A DNA stretch of 34,736 bases from NCBI RefSeq assembly GCF_001194135.2, contig NC_069000.1, positions 41,187,916-41,222,651 of the forward strand. The letters run 5' to 3'. Shown here piece by piece: positions 20,030-30,449 of this stretch. Under the pieces are notes generated by a model, which was not told the origin of the DNA, searched no databases, and saw only the letters and a program-made list of their open reading frames with translations. How positions within the stretch are numbered: position 1 is the stretch's first letter; each line of letters starts with the position of its first letter. The DNA comes from Octopus bimaculoides (lineage: Eukaryota). Made by a program: the position numbers and the translations under genes.

Positions 20030-20811
20030 ATCATGGATGTGTTATGTCAGTGTGCATACTCGACAGAGTGTAAGTACCTTGAGAGAAAAGTTGGACTTAA
20101 GAAGCATCAGACGTGGTGTGCAAGAGAGACGACTGCGCTGATATGGTCATGTGTTGTGAATAGATGAGGACAGCTGTGTGAAAAAGAGTCACACCCTGGC
20201 AGTTGACGGAACCTGTGGAAGACCTGGGATGAGGTGGTGAAGCACAACCTTCAAACACTGGGCCTCACCGGGGCGATGACTAGTGACCGAGACCTTTGGA
20301 AATATGCTGTGCTTGAGAAGATCTGGCAAGCCAAGTGAGACCATAACCCGTGGTCTATGCCAGTGCTCTATAACCAGCCCACTTAAGAGTACCCTTCAAT
20401 CATTGAATAATAAACTATGCTTATGAAGACTGTTGAGTCAAGTGAAATTGAAATTGCTGTCATGGCCGTTGATAGTACTGCCTGACTGGCACCCATGCCA
20501 GTGGAACGTTAAAAGCAACATTCAAGCGTGATTGTTGCCAGGGTCACCTGACTTGCTCCTGTGCTGGTGGCACGTAAAAAACACCATTCAAGCGTGGTTG
20601 TTGCCAGTGCCACCGGACTGGCTCCCATGCAGGTGGCACGTAAAAGCACCCACTACACTCTCAGAGTGGTTGGCGTTAGGAAGGGCATCCAGCTGTAGAA
20701 ACTCTGCCAGATCAGATTGGAACCTGGTGCAGCCTTTTGGCTTGCCAGCCCTGTCAACCCGTCCAACCCATGCCAGCATGGAAAGCGGACGTTAAATGAC
20801 GATGATGATGA
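20030..20811 (+). mobile_element. 5'-truncated RTE LINE: ORF end, tandem-repeat 3' UTR and (GAT)n tail
   Basis: VSVHTRQSVSTLREKLDLRSIRRGVQERRLR*YGHV..KTWDEVVKHNLQTLGL..SDRDLWKYAV, then three ~60-65-bp UTR units and a GATGAT tail. Confidence 0.9.
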
Positions 20812-20935
20812 TTATATATATATTAGATAAATATTATATACATATATTATATACATATATATTATATAAATATCATATACATATGTATTATATACATACA
20901 TATATATATATATGTACATGTATATATATACATAC

Positions 20936-20998
<63 letters not shown>
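20812..20998. repeat. (TA)n-rich microsatellite running into gap 20999-21540
   Basis: Direct reading. Confidence 0.95.
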
Positions 20999-22169
20999 NN
21001 NNNNNNNNNNNNNNNNNNNNNNNNNNNNNNNNNNNNNNNNNNNNNNNNNNNNNNNNNNNNNNNNNNNNNNNNNNNNNNNNNNNNNNNNNNNNNNNNNNNN
21101 NNNNNNNNNNNNNNNNNNNNNNNNNNNNNNNNNNNNNNNNNNNNNNNNNNNNNNNNNNNNNNNNNNNNNNNNNNNNNNNNNNNNNNNNNNNNNNNNNNNN
21201 NNNNNNNNNNNNNNNNNNNNNNNNNNNNNNNNNNNNNNNNNNNNNNNNNNNNNNNNNNNNNNNNNNNNNNNNNNNNNNNNNNNNNNNNNNNNNNNNNNNN
21301 NNNNNNNNNNNNNNNNNNNNNNNNNNNNNNNNNNNNNNNNNNNNNNNNNNNNNNNNNNNNNNNNNNNNNNNNNNNNNNNNNNNNNNNNNNNNNNNNNNNN
21401 NNNNNNNNNNNNNNNNNNNNNNNNNNNNNNNNNNNNNNNNNNNNNNNNNNNNNNNNNNNNNNNNNNNNNNNNNNNNNNNNNNNNNNNNNNNNNNNNNNNN
21501 NNNNNNNNNNNNNNNNNNNNNNNNNNNNNNNNNNNNNNNNGAGGGGGGGAGAGGGGGGGAGAGAGAGAGAGGGAGGGAGAGACGCACACACGAACGTGCC
21601 TTATACAACTTACATCCTTTTCCCAGCCGCACGGTTCACACGCTGCATGCAAAAAAGCACAGTAGAATTTCTGTTGCAGGAAATAGCAACAGAAATGACG
21701 AACGAAAACGATTGCAACAGCTTTTCTATAACATATACATGACAGACACAGCGCGTATTGACTCAAATGGAAAGAAAATGAGCCTATAAATTGAAATAGC
21801 ATAATGAATTTAGACCTTGTTGAGCCCATAAGCTATATAAATACTTCAGATCACTCGTTTAAATAACTACAGCAGAAAGTCTCGTAAAAATTGAAAAAAT
21901 AAGCCTTTCATTAATTTTGAGCTTCTTATTGTATCTTGTTTAGCTAGCTAAAGCCTAAATCCGGTAGTGATCACCATCAACAAGCGTGTAGCTACAAGGT
22001 CTCTTAAACAGTTGATGATAGTACCCAGACCTTAAATCACACCTCGCCGTCTTTAAAAGGGGTGGGGAAACACTGTTTGAAATAATGAACAGTGAGAAAT
22101 AGTTTTTGATCTGAGTCTAACCTGGAGGTAAACGACTTAAATGCTCACATAGCAAAATACAAATTATTT

Positions 22170-22830
22170 TAACTCTTTACGTTCTGTGTTGATAGTCCGA
22201 GGTGAACATTACCTTTCATCCTTTCGAGAATCGATAAACTAAAGTACCAGTGAAGTACTGAGGTCGATGTAATCGACTTGTGCTCTTCTCTCAAAACTAT
22301 TTGTGCCAAATTTTGAAACAATTATTATTCAAAACCCGCCGAGGTCAACTTTAAGTTTCATCCTTTTGGAGTAGATAAAATAAAGTTTAACACTGGAATC
22401 GATGTAACTGACTTAACCCTTTCTCTAAAATAGCTGGCCTTCTGCCAAAATTTGAAAGAGTTATTTATTTAAAAGGCTGGAGAGTTAAAGAAAATCAAAT
22501 GTCTTGCAGCAGTCAAAAGTTACGCCTCATTAAGTTGTGAGTTCAAATCAGTAAGTCAACTTCGTCTTTCCAGAGTCGATCAAGTACTGAAATCGATTAA
22601 ATCGGATATATATATCCCATCCCACTATGAAGCCTGAGTTCTTTGCACCTATGTCAAAAATCATTAGTGTTTTATGTCGTCCATTATGTTCCGAGTTCAA
22701 ATTGCCGTCGAGGTCGACATAGCATTTTACCCTTCCAAGGGTCGAAAAGAAAGACAAGCACTTTGGGTCAGTTTAATCACTCGCTCTTTTTCTCCGTCTT
22801 CCCCACATAATATCTGGCTTTGTGTCTCGA
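22170..22830 (+). mobile_element. Four head-to-tail degenerate Nin/Deu-like SINE copies
   Basis: Recurring GAGGTC(G/A)AC..TTTCATCCTTT..GATAAA/GTCGA motifs near 22199, 22341, 22553 and 22710. Confidence 0.65.
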
Positions 22831-23186
22831 CTATACATTCCCCACTCACTGGTCTAGTGCCTATGTCAGAGATGCTTAATTCAGAAGCAATTCTCTTATT
22901 ATTAAACGTGAAGAAACAATAGCAAAATAGCAAGAAAAAAAAAGATAAACAGAATTAAAAGCCTCAAGAAATTAGAGGAAAATTTAAATATAACTCCACC
23001 CACTTCAAAAATGAAGAAAAAATTTAAATGTAACAAAGAATTTTCCAACGAACCCGTGATTTTCGGAACGTATGAAACATTTGTTGATAACTATCGTCCA
23101 TGTTTGTTTTGTTGCTAATATTACTTCGCTGCATCTCGCTAGGTGTCGCTTGATGCATGATGTGAATGCGTGCGATCGACAGGCGG

Positions 23187-23760
23187 CTTTTTCTCTATTC
23201 TTTCTATCTCTTTCTCTTTCATTCTCTCAATCTCTCTCTTGTTATATATTTCTCTTAACCCCTGCTCTTTATCTACATCCCTTTTTTTCACCTTTTCTCT
23301 TTATTTATTTTTGTTCTTTTTCTCTTTATATATCTCTATTTTAACATCTTTTTCTCTTTCTTTCATTCCTCCATTTTACACTTTCCATTTCTTGTTTCTT
23401 CCTCGCTTTTTCCCCCCTCTCTTCCTCTCGATATTTTTGTTTCTCCACCGTTCTGTGTTTTCCTCTGTTTTCCTCGCCTTTTCGTCTATCTGTTTTCACT
23501 CTCACGCTTTCTCTTTTTATTTTTCCACCTTTTCTCTATATTTCTCTTTCTCTTTTTAACTCTCTTCTTCCCACTCTTTCTTTCTTCTTGTACAATTCTC
23601 TCTCCCCTTTTGTCTTCCTTTTTCTTCTTCTTTATATTTGTCTTACCTTCTTCCACTTTATTTCTTCCTCTCCCTCTCCCTCCCTCTATTTTACTTTCTC
23701 ACTCTCTATCTGTTTCTTTCTTTCCTCTCTTTTTCCCTTCATCTCTTTCTCTCTGTTTCC
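23187..23760. repeat. ~570-bp polypyrimidine (CT/TTC) low-complexity tract
   Basis: Direct reading; strongly C/T-biased on the + strand. Confidence 0.9.
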
Positions 23761-24129
23761 TGTACTTTCGATGTGAATGATTGACACCTCATCTAATTGA
23801 ATTATTGTCACGTTTTACCGAATCGGGTTTCATATTGTCCTGCTTCACTGATCGAACCACTATTTGTTGTGGACGAGTATGTGATGCTGTAACGTACATG
23901 CCGCTCCGTAAAGTAATAGCAACAAATGTGAAACGACTCAGCTAAAAATCAATACCAGTTCACCAAGTTGACCACAACTTATTGCCACAGCCTTTGACTT
24001 AGAATAAGTTGATTCCTTGTAAATATGTGTGTGTGTGACAACAAACATAAACAGGCAGTCAACAAGTATCAAGTCAGTTTATAACATTTACAGGCCTACT
24101 AATAAATATTATACACACACATATATGAG

Positions 24130-24299
24130 CTCAAACTCTCCCATGAAAAGGAAGGGCAGAGAAACAAGCCAGGGTTGTCAAAAATATAAAAACAAACCCT
24201 AAAGCCCTCTATAGATTTGCAAAAGTGTCTGCTTCAGTACGGTACAAGATAGGGTCACTGTTCGAAAAAAATGGCTCTCTGATTTGTAACCAGGTGTAA
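24130..24299 (+). mobile_element. Small CR1/L2-like LINE ORF2 fragment
   Basis: RAEKQARVVKNIKTNPKALYRFAKVSASVRYKIGSLFEKNGSL fits the IK.NPK.FY..A..IGPL..G.L linker motif. Confidence 0.5.
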
Positions 24300-24838
24300 G
24301 GAGGGGGTGGCTTCGATCTCAAGAGCTTGGGTATACCAAAGTATCCATCTTCAGTTTGAAATTCTTTGGGCTTATGTGCTTTTACGCCTAGCTAGCTTGA
24401 CAGCAATAGTACAAATTTCTATACCACGGACATCATTGCAGCACGCTACTGTTTTCTATATTGAGCATCTCTGGATTTCATCTATTCACTATATNNNNNN
24501 NNNNNNNNNNNNNNNNNNNNNNNNNNNNNNNNNNNNNNNNNNNNNNNNNNNNNNNNNNNNNNNNNNNNNNNNNNNNNNNNNNNNNNNNNNNNNNNNNNNN
24601 NNNNNNNNNNNNNNNNNNNNNNNNNNNNNNNNNNNNNNNNNNNNNNNNNNNNNNNNNNNNNNNNNNNNNNNNNNNNNNNNNNNNNNNNNNNNNNNNNNNN
24701 NNNNNNNNNNNNNNNNNNNNNNNNNNNNNNNNNNNNNNNNNNNNNNNNNNNNNNNNNNNNNNNNNNNNNNNNNNNNNNNNNNNNNNNNNNNNNNNNNNNN
24801 NNNNNNNNNNNNNNNNNNNNNNNNNNNNNNNNNNNNNN

Positions 24839-25149
24839 CCTGCTCGTGAAAGTAACGTGCAAGTGGCTGAGCACTCCACAGACACGTGTACCCTTAACGT
24901 AGTTCTCGGGGATATTCAGCGTGACAAGGCTGACCCTTTGAATTACAGGCACAACAGAAACAGGAAGTAAGAGTGAGAGAAAGTTGTGGTGAAAGAGTAC
25001 AGCAGGGTTCGCCACCATCCCCTGTCGGAGCCTCGTGGAGCTTTAGGTGTGTTCACTTAATAAACACTCACAACGCCCGGTCTGGGAATCGAAACCACGA
25101 TCCTATGACCGCGAGTCCGCTGCCCTAACCACTAGGCCATTGCGCCTCC
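24839..25149 (-). mobile_element. tRNA SINE of the 9388-9762 family, 3' end lost in gap 24495-24838
   Basis: Reverse complement of 9388-9695. Confidence 0.85.
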
Positions 25150-25151
25150 AC

Positions 25152-25372
25152 CGAAACGAGGGATAGACCGCAAACTACTCTTCGGTCCAAAGATACCTTG
25201 ATTGTATGAAGTTTACATTGTCGACAGGAGATCCCGTGTTAACTCGTTAATACCTTTCGAAATGCATTTCGATCGAATCCCCAACGAGTTAACACTGGAA
25301 CTCTTAACGACAGTGTAAACTTCATATAATCAAGGTGTCCTTGGCCTGAAGAGTAGTCTACCCCTCGTTTCG
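25152..25372. repeat. 221-bp imperfect inverted repeat (arms 25152-25248 and 25283-25372) with central palindrome TCGAAATGCATTTCGA
   Basis: Arms align as reverse complements: CGAAACGAGGG..ACTACTCTTC..ACCTTGATT.TATGAAGTTTACA.TGTCG..GTGTTAACTCGTT. Confidence 0.85.
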
Positions 25373-25559
25373 ATAATTTTCTACTTCCGAGTTTCCGCTA
25401 GCTATGAAACGTATGTAACCAGGACATTATCTACTCCATTCCCTAATGTTTGACAGTTCGTATATACATACCACAACCTATGTTGCTAACCGTGAACTCT
25501 GTGTCACCACCGCTGCTGCTGTCGTTGTTAGCCGTGTTGTTGCGGCCGTTTGTGAAATT

Positions 25560-26373
25560 ATTGTGTGTGTATGGGTTCGCTTCTTATGTTGTTTGTGTCC
25601 ATGCCCTTTATATAGATTTAGCTACTTATTTATTTTTAAATCTCAGGTCTATGACAAATATGTTTATTATTATTATTATTATTATTATTATTGTTTAGTA
25701 GTTTTATTTTTATAACGTGCTTTCACTTCACTACCGAGCGCAGCTCTGTGCACCTTGGGTATGTGCTGTGGTTTGCTGTGGTGCTCTTATGGTTACTGTA
25801 TTGAAAGTGTTTTGCGTAAGATGTGTGCAGTGCCCAGTAGTGCAATTTTCAGTATGTTATATATATTTGTAAGTCCTGGTGTTTTTGTTATGTATTTGTC
25901 TGAATATTTTTTTATTATACNNNNNNNNNNNNNNNNNNNNNNNNNNNNNNNNNNNNNNNNNNNNNNNNNNNNNNNNNNNNNNNNNNNNNNNNNNNNNNNN
26001 NNNNNNNNNNNNNNNNNNNNNNNNNNNNNNNNNNNNNNNTATACTTAAGGCACCTACTATGATAGGATTTGTTTCTGTTTTTAGATTCCACATTCGAGTT
26101 ACCTCTATTTCCAGGTCTTTGTATTTTGAAAGTTTTTCCATTTCTTTTAGAGAAACGTTGTCATCTGCTGGTATTGATACATCAATTAGAAAGCATTTTT
26201 TTCCTTCATGATCTTTGACAACTATATCTGGTCTATTTTCCTTAATTTCTCTATCTGTGTGTATTGGCATATCCCAGAGTATGGTTGCTTTCTCGTTTTC
26301 TGTGACCTTTTCTGGCGTGTGTTTATACCATCTTTTTTCTGTTGTTATTCCATAGTGTTGGCATAGATTATTA

Positions 26374-26404
<31 letters not shown>

Positions 26405-26495
26405 TATTAATCTTTTTTATATCTATCTATCTCTATTTTTTATATGTATCACAGGTATGTGCATATAAGTCTATAGTGTGTGTATTACCCTATTT
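25560..26495 (-). repeat. Inverted copy of the Penelope terminal repeat (pLTR-like), split by a Dong/R4 insertion
   Basis: 25560-25665 is the reverse complement of 27170-27300, and 26420-26495 is the reverse complement of 27075-27135. Confidence 0.75.
25693..26366 (-). mobile_element. 5'-truncated Dong/R4-clade non-LTR retrotransposon (restriction-like endonuclease domain) inserted in (TAA)n
   Basis: WYKHTPEKVTENEKATILWDMPIHTDREIKENRPDIVVKD..LIDVSIPADDNVSLKEMEKLSKYKDL..IIVGAL..LLGTAHILRKTLSIQ* (PD..D/E RLE motif). (TTA)n on both sides, at 25664-25692 and 26367-26410. Confidence 0.88.
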
Positions 26496-26529
26496 GTATA
26501 TGTGTTTTATTTATTATCATAAAAAAAAA

Positions 26530-27070
26530 CAGAGCGTCATGTTCGTCGATGCTACCCTTGGCGGCGAACTAGCATGCTTTTTAGAAAAACATTAAATAAG
26601 GCTAACCTACGGGTTAATGTCGTAGAGAGACCTGGTGCCCCTATAAAATCCCTGATCTGTAGAACTGAACCCTTTGGTAAGACCCCATGTACGGAGAACA
26701 AATGTGTTGTATGTAAGATGAACCCACGGGTTAACTGTAAGGTTAGGAATGTAGCGTATAACTTACGATGTACTGAGGGGCGGTGCAGAAACATGACAAC
26801 TACCTACATTGAAGAGACTGCACGCAGCATAGGAAAGCGTATAAGTGAACATTGGCGAGAGCACAAAGAGAAAAGCTCGTCAGTGCTCTACCAACATGCT
26901 GAGGCAGAACATGGAGGCTCGATTAATAGCATAGAAGTTAAAGTATTATCAACGCATAGAATTGACACGACACTTAGATCAAAGTGGCTATACACATAAC
27001 AGGAGACAGACCGAGCCTCAATAGAAAACACGAATGGAACAATAACACCCACCAACACACCACATGATTA
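26530..27070 (+). mobile_element. Penelope-like element 3' part: Cys-rich linker and GIY-YIG endonuclease (pseudogene)
   Basis: VMFVDATLGGELA, then (shift) VVERPG..CTENKCVVC..NCKVRNVAYNLRC..C..YIEETARS..RISEH..LYQH..H, then (shift) IKVAIHI..PSLNRKHEW. Confidence 0.85.
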
Positions 27071-27074
27071 AAAC

Positions 27075-27302
27075 GGGGCAATACACACTATAAACATATA
27101 TGCACATACCTGTGATGCATATAAAAAATACAGATAAATAATAATAATAATGATGATGATAGAAGAAGAAAGATATTTGTTACATACGTGTGATAAGTAT
27201 AAGAAATAGAGATCGATAATAAATTAATAAATCTATATAAAGGGCATGGAAACAAACAACATAAGAAGCGAACCCATACACACAAATACAAACACACACA
27301 AT
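27075..27302 (+). repeat. Penelope terminal repeat (pLTR-like), running into gap 27303-27761
   Basis: Follows the GIY-YIG end; inverted homolog at 25560-26495. Confidence 0.7.
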
Positions 27303-27859
27303 NNNNNNNNNNNNNNNNNNNNNNNNNNNNNNNNNNNNNNNNNNNNNNNNNNNNNNNNNNNNNNNNNNNNNNNNNNNNNNNNNNNNNNNNNNNNNNNNNN
27401 NNNNNNNNNNNNNNNNNNNNNNNNNNNNNNNNNNNNNNNNNNNNNNNNNNNNNNNNNNNNNNNNNNNNNNNNNNNNNNNNNNNNNNNNNNNNNNNNNNNN
27501 NNNNNNNNNNNNNNNNNNNNNNNNNNNNNNNNNNNNNNNNNNNNNNNNNNNNNNNNNNNNNNNNNNNNNNNNNNNNNNNNNNNNNNNNNNNNNNNNNNNN
27601 NNNNNNNNNNNNNNNNNNNNNNNNNNNNNNNNNNNNNNNNNNNNNNNNNNNNNNNNNNNNNNNNNNNNNNNNNNNNNNNNNNNNNNNNNNNNNNNNNNNN
27701 NNNNNNNNNNNNNNNNNNNNNNNNNNNNNNNNNNNNNNNNNNNNNNNNNNNNNNNNNNNNNGATGTGGCGGCGTTGTTGGTGGTCATCGTTGGACGAAGC
27801 TATTGATGTGTCGCTGGCTGCCGCTGCTGCTGCTGTCGTGTGGTACACGGAACAGATCT

Positions 27860-28080
27860 CAAAGAGAAACTGAACCGAGACCAATTTGCTGGGTATGAGT
27901 TGCTCTATTTAAAGCGTTAAGGTGGCTCCAAGACGGTAGCAGAAAAACACTATCACGTGACCTTATTAAGGGCTGTGATTGGTCAGTTTGCGTTCTGGCG
28001 GGAACGGTTCGAAGAAGTTGCCGCTTCAAATAATAATCAGTCACGTGATGACAAGGAGATGGGTTCTCCGCTACGCCCGC
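27860..28080 (-). promoter_or_regulatory. Promoter-like CpG-rich segment: two TCACGTGA E-boxes, CCAAT box, Inr-like TCAGTT
   Basis: TCACGTGA at 27953-27960 and 28041-28048; ATTGG at 27978-27982; minus-strand TCAGTT at 27873-27868. Motif-only evidence. Confidence 0.45.
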
Positions 28081-28226
28081 GCTTGTTTATATTTAAATGA
28101 GAAGAATGGCGATAGCAGTTTTGTATCTAATGGCGATATGTAGTTTCACTACATATGTATATATTTATAATAGAGAGGAGAGGAATTTCACTCAAGTGTA
28201 CGCTATATATATATATATATATATAC

Positions 28227-28257
<31 letters not shown>

Positions 28258-28480
28258 ATAAAAGATGGGAGATGCACACAAATGTATTAAAATTATGTAA
28301 ACTGCGCATTTCTCTCTTTTATTGTGTGTGTGAATAGCTGTAAATTGAATAGAATATATTTTGTTGGATTCATGGTTATTATTTAAATAAATATCTTGAT
28401 TTTCAAAAAACTTGCCTTGAGCTTTAGTTCTAAACAGTTTGACAATATTTCTTCAAACCTGTCACCTTCGTACATACATG

Positions 28481-28736
28481 GTTGGCACTCCATCGGTTAC
28501 GACGACGAGGGTTCCAGTTGACCCGAGCAACGGAACAGTCTGCTCGTGAAATTAACAAGAAGAAAGAGTGCGAGGCAGTTGTGGTGAAAGACTACAGCAG
28601 GGTTCGCCACCATCCCCTGCCGTAGCCTCGTGGAGCTTTATGTGTTTTCGCTCAATAAACACTCGCAACGCCCGGTCTGGGAATCGAAACTGCGATTCTA
28701 CGACTGCTGCCCTAACCACCGGGCCATTTCGCCTCC
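28481..28736 (-). mobile_element. tRNA SINE of the 9388-9762 family with an internal deletion
   Basis: Reverse complement of 9388-9545 joined directly to 9680-9755. Confidence 0.8.
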
Positions 28737-29039
28737 ACTGAGAGTATTGTAGAATGCAGTTGTCTGAGGTGATGCCATGTGGGACCAATCTGAAATCATG
28801 TGTTTGCGAAGCTAACTTCATAACCGCACAACCACATGACTGAACATTTGTGTGAATTAAAAATTACCAATATTTCATGCTCGGGAGCCATTAGACAAAA
28901 GATATTCTCTACAGAGAAGCGTTTTAATTTTGGTTTTGAATAAGTTTCATTTCGTTTATGTTATTGCTTACAGATCGCAAGAAAACCCACCAAACATCTT
29001 TCACATTGTGCCTTACCTTGCTAAAGAGATACCGTATAA

Positions 29040-29344
29040 TTGCAGTTCCCGAACTTATTTTGGTGCAGGAAACCTTTGTATGATTTTCTGAAAATCATGG
29101 AACCCATTCCTGTATGCTATATGGACAAACTTAATTCCTAAATTTTAACAGGACATTAAATGAAACCAAAATTGTTTCAGATAATTTATTCATAAAAAAT
29201 GTAATAGCATTTCTTTGAAATATTGAACACTTTTTTTATGAAATAAATTTTGATTAGATTTTATTAAAATACCTTTTATTGCGGGACCCGAAGACTTTTT
29301 TCACGGAACGGTGAGGTGCCTCGGAACCCGTTTTGAGAAACACT
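29040..29344. mobile_element. Degenerate hAT/Charlie-like MITE
   Basis: Right end TTTGAGAAACACTG is a typical hAT TIR; the left end CAGTTCCCGAACTTATTTTGG is degenerate. Confidence 0.4.
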
Positions 29345-30449
29345 GTTGTAGAGCCATCGGATTGTTGAATTCACAGGCGTTACAGTCTCCACAAATACAG
29401 CATTTACTTTCCACAAACGTACATTTGATTGCTTCTCTGTTACTTCTCTACGAATAATTTTCTTTTCGATGTTTAAAGTAGTTCTCTACCTTTTTTTAAT
29501 AGCCGAGCCAAATCCCAAACCTGTATTCTTTTAAGGGGGCGCATCAATAAAAATAAAACCCAAGTCAATCAATGAAAAATTTATTATATTCAGAGGGAAG
29601 ACCATTGGGGGCCGCCGGGAAGATGCTCCAGGGCCGCGTGCGGCTTTAGGATGTTACGAGAGTTTTTTTTTACCGCTAAAATATAAAACGACATTGTGAA
29701 TAAGCAGTATCAAATGTTTCAACCGAGCTGCTTAGCTAACGAAACCAAGATCTCTTCGGCAACCTGAAGCAGTAGAGAAGGTAGAAAATCGAGATAAAAT
29801 ATTAAGTAGCATTAAATGTTCTAATGTTGATGGTTTAGCATAACCTTTCATACCTTTTTCAATTTGTGTCAATGTAAGAAATATTTCTTGCACATCCGTT
29901 ACTACTTCTACCACCACCATAGCAACATACGTGTCAAAAATAGATCTGGTAGATTAAGGTTGACCTAGGCCAAGTCAACCACCACTGAAGACGAGTGAAT
30001 AGGGCGTTGGCTTCTTAGTTGAGAAGGGTTGCTGGCGGAGGCAATACTGCGCCCTTTAATAAGGTAAAGGGAAAATGCACCTAGCAGTCTGGTAGAACAG
30101 GTAAAAAGGTGGAGAGGGAGAGAGAGAGGGGAGGAAGGAGAGAGAAGGTAGTAGAATCGCCGAAATGTCTGTCTTGTTGGGAAATGGTTATTAGAGATTT
30201 CGAACGAGCACGAATAGAAACAAATATATAATAAACTGCAACTACTACTACCACCAGTATTACTACAATATTTGTTACTACTACTACAACTATCATCATT
30301 ACAACGAACACTACTGAAACATCTTGCAGTTAGAGCAACACTTTACGAAGACGGAAGAGATTTGAAGAAGAAAAGAATCCATTTAAAGAAAACACCACCA
30401 CAATGGCAGAAATAAAACCCACAAAAGATCGGCAATTGACACAAGGTAA

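Noticed and set aside
20440-20660. CRISPR-like spaced repeats
   Set aside because: Eukaryotic context; the units are diverged tandem repeats of an RTE 3' UTR with no unique spacers or cas genes.
23072-23776. Hydrophobic F/L/S-rich ORFs resembling membrane proteins
   Set aside because: Translation of the polypyrimidine tract. The strong minus-strand donor at 23647 has an in-frame stop just upstream in phase 0.
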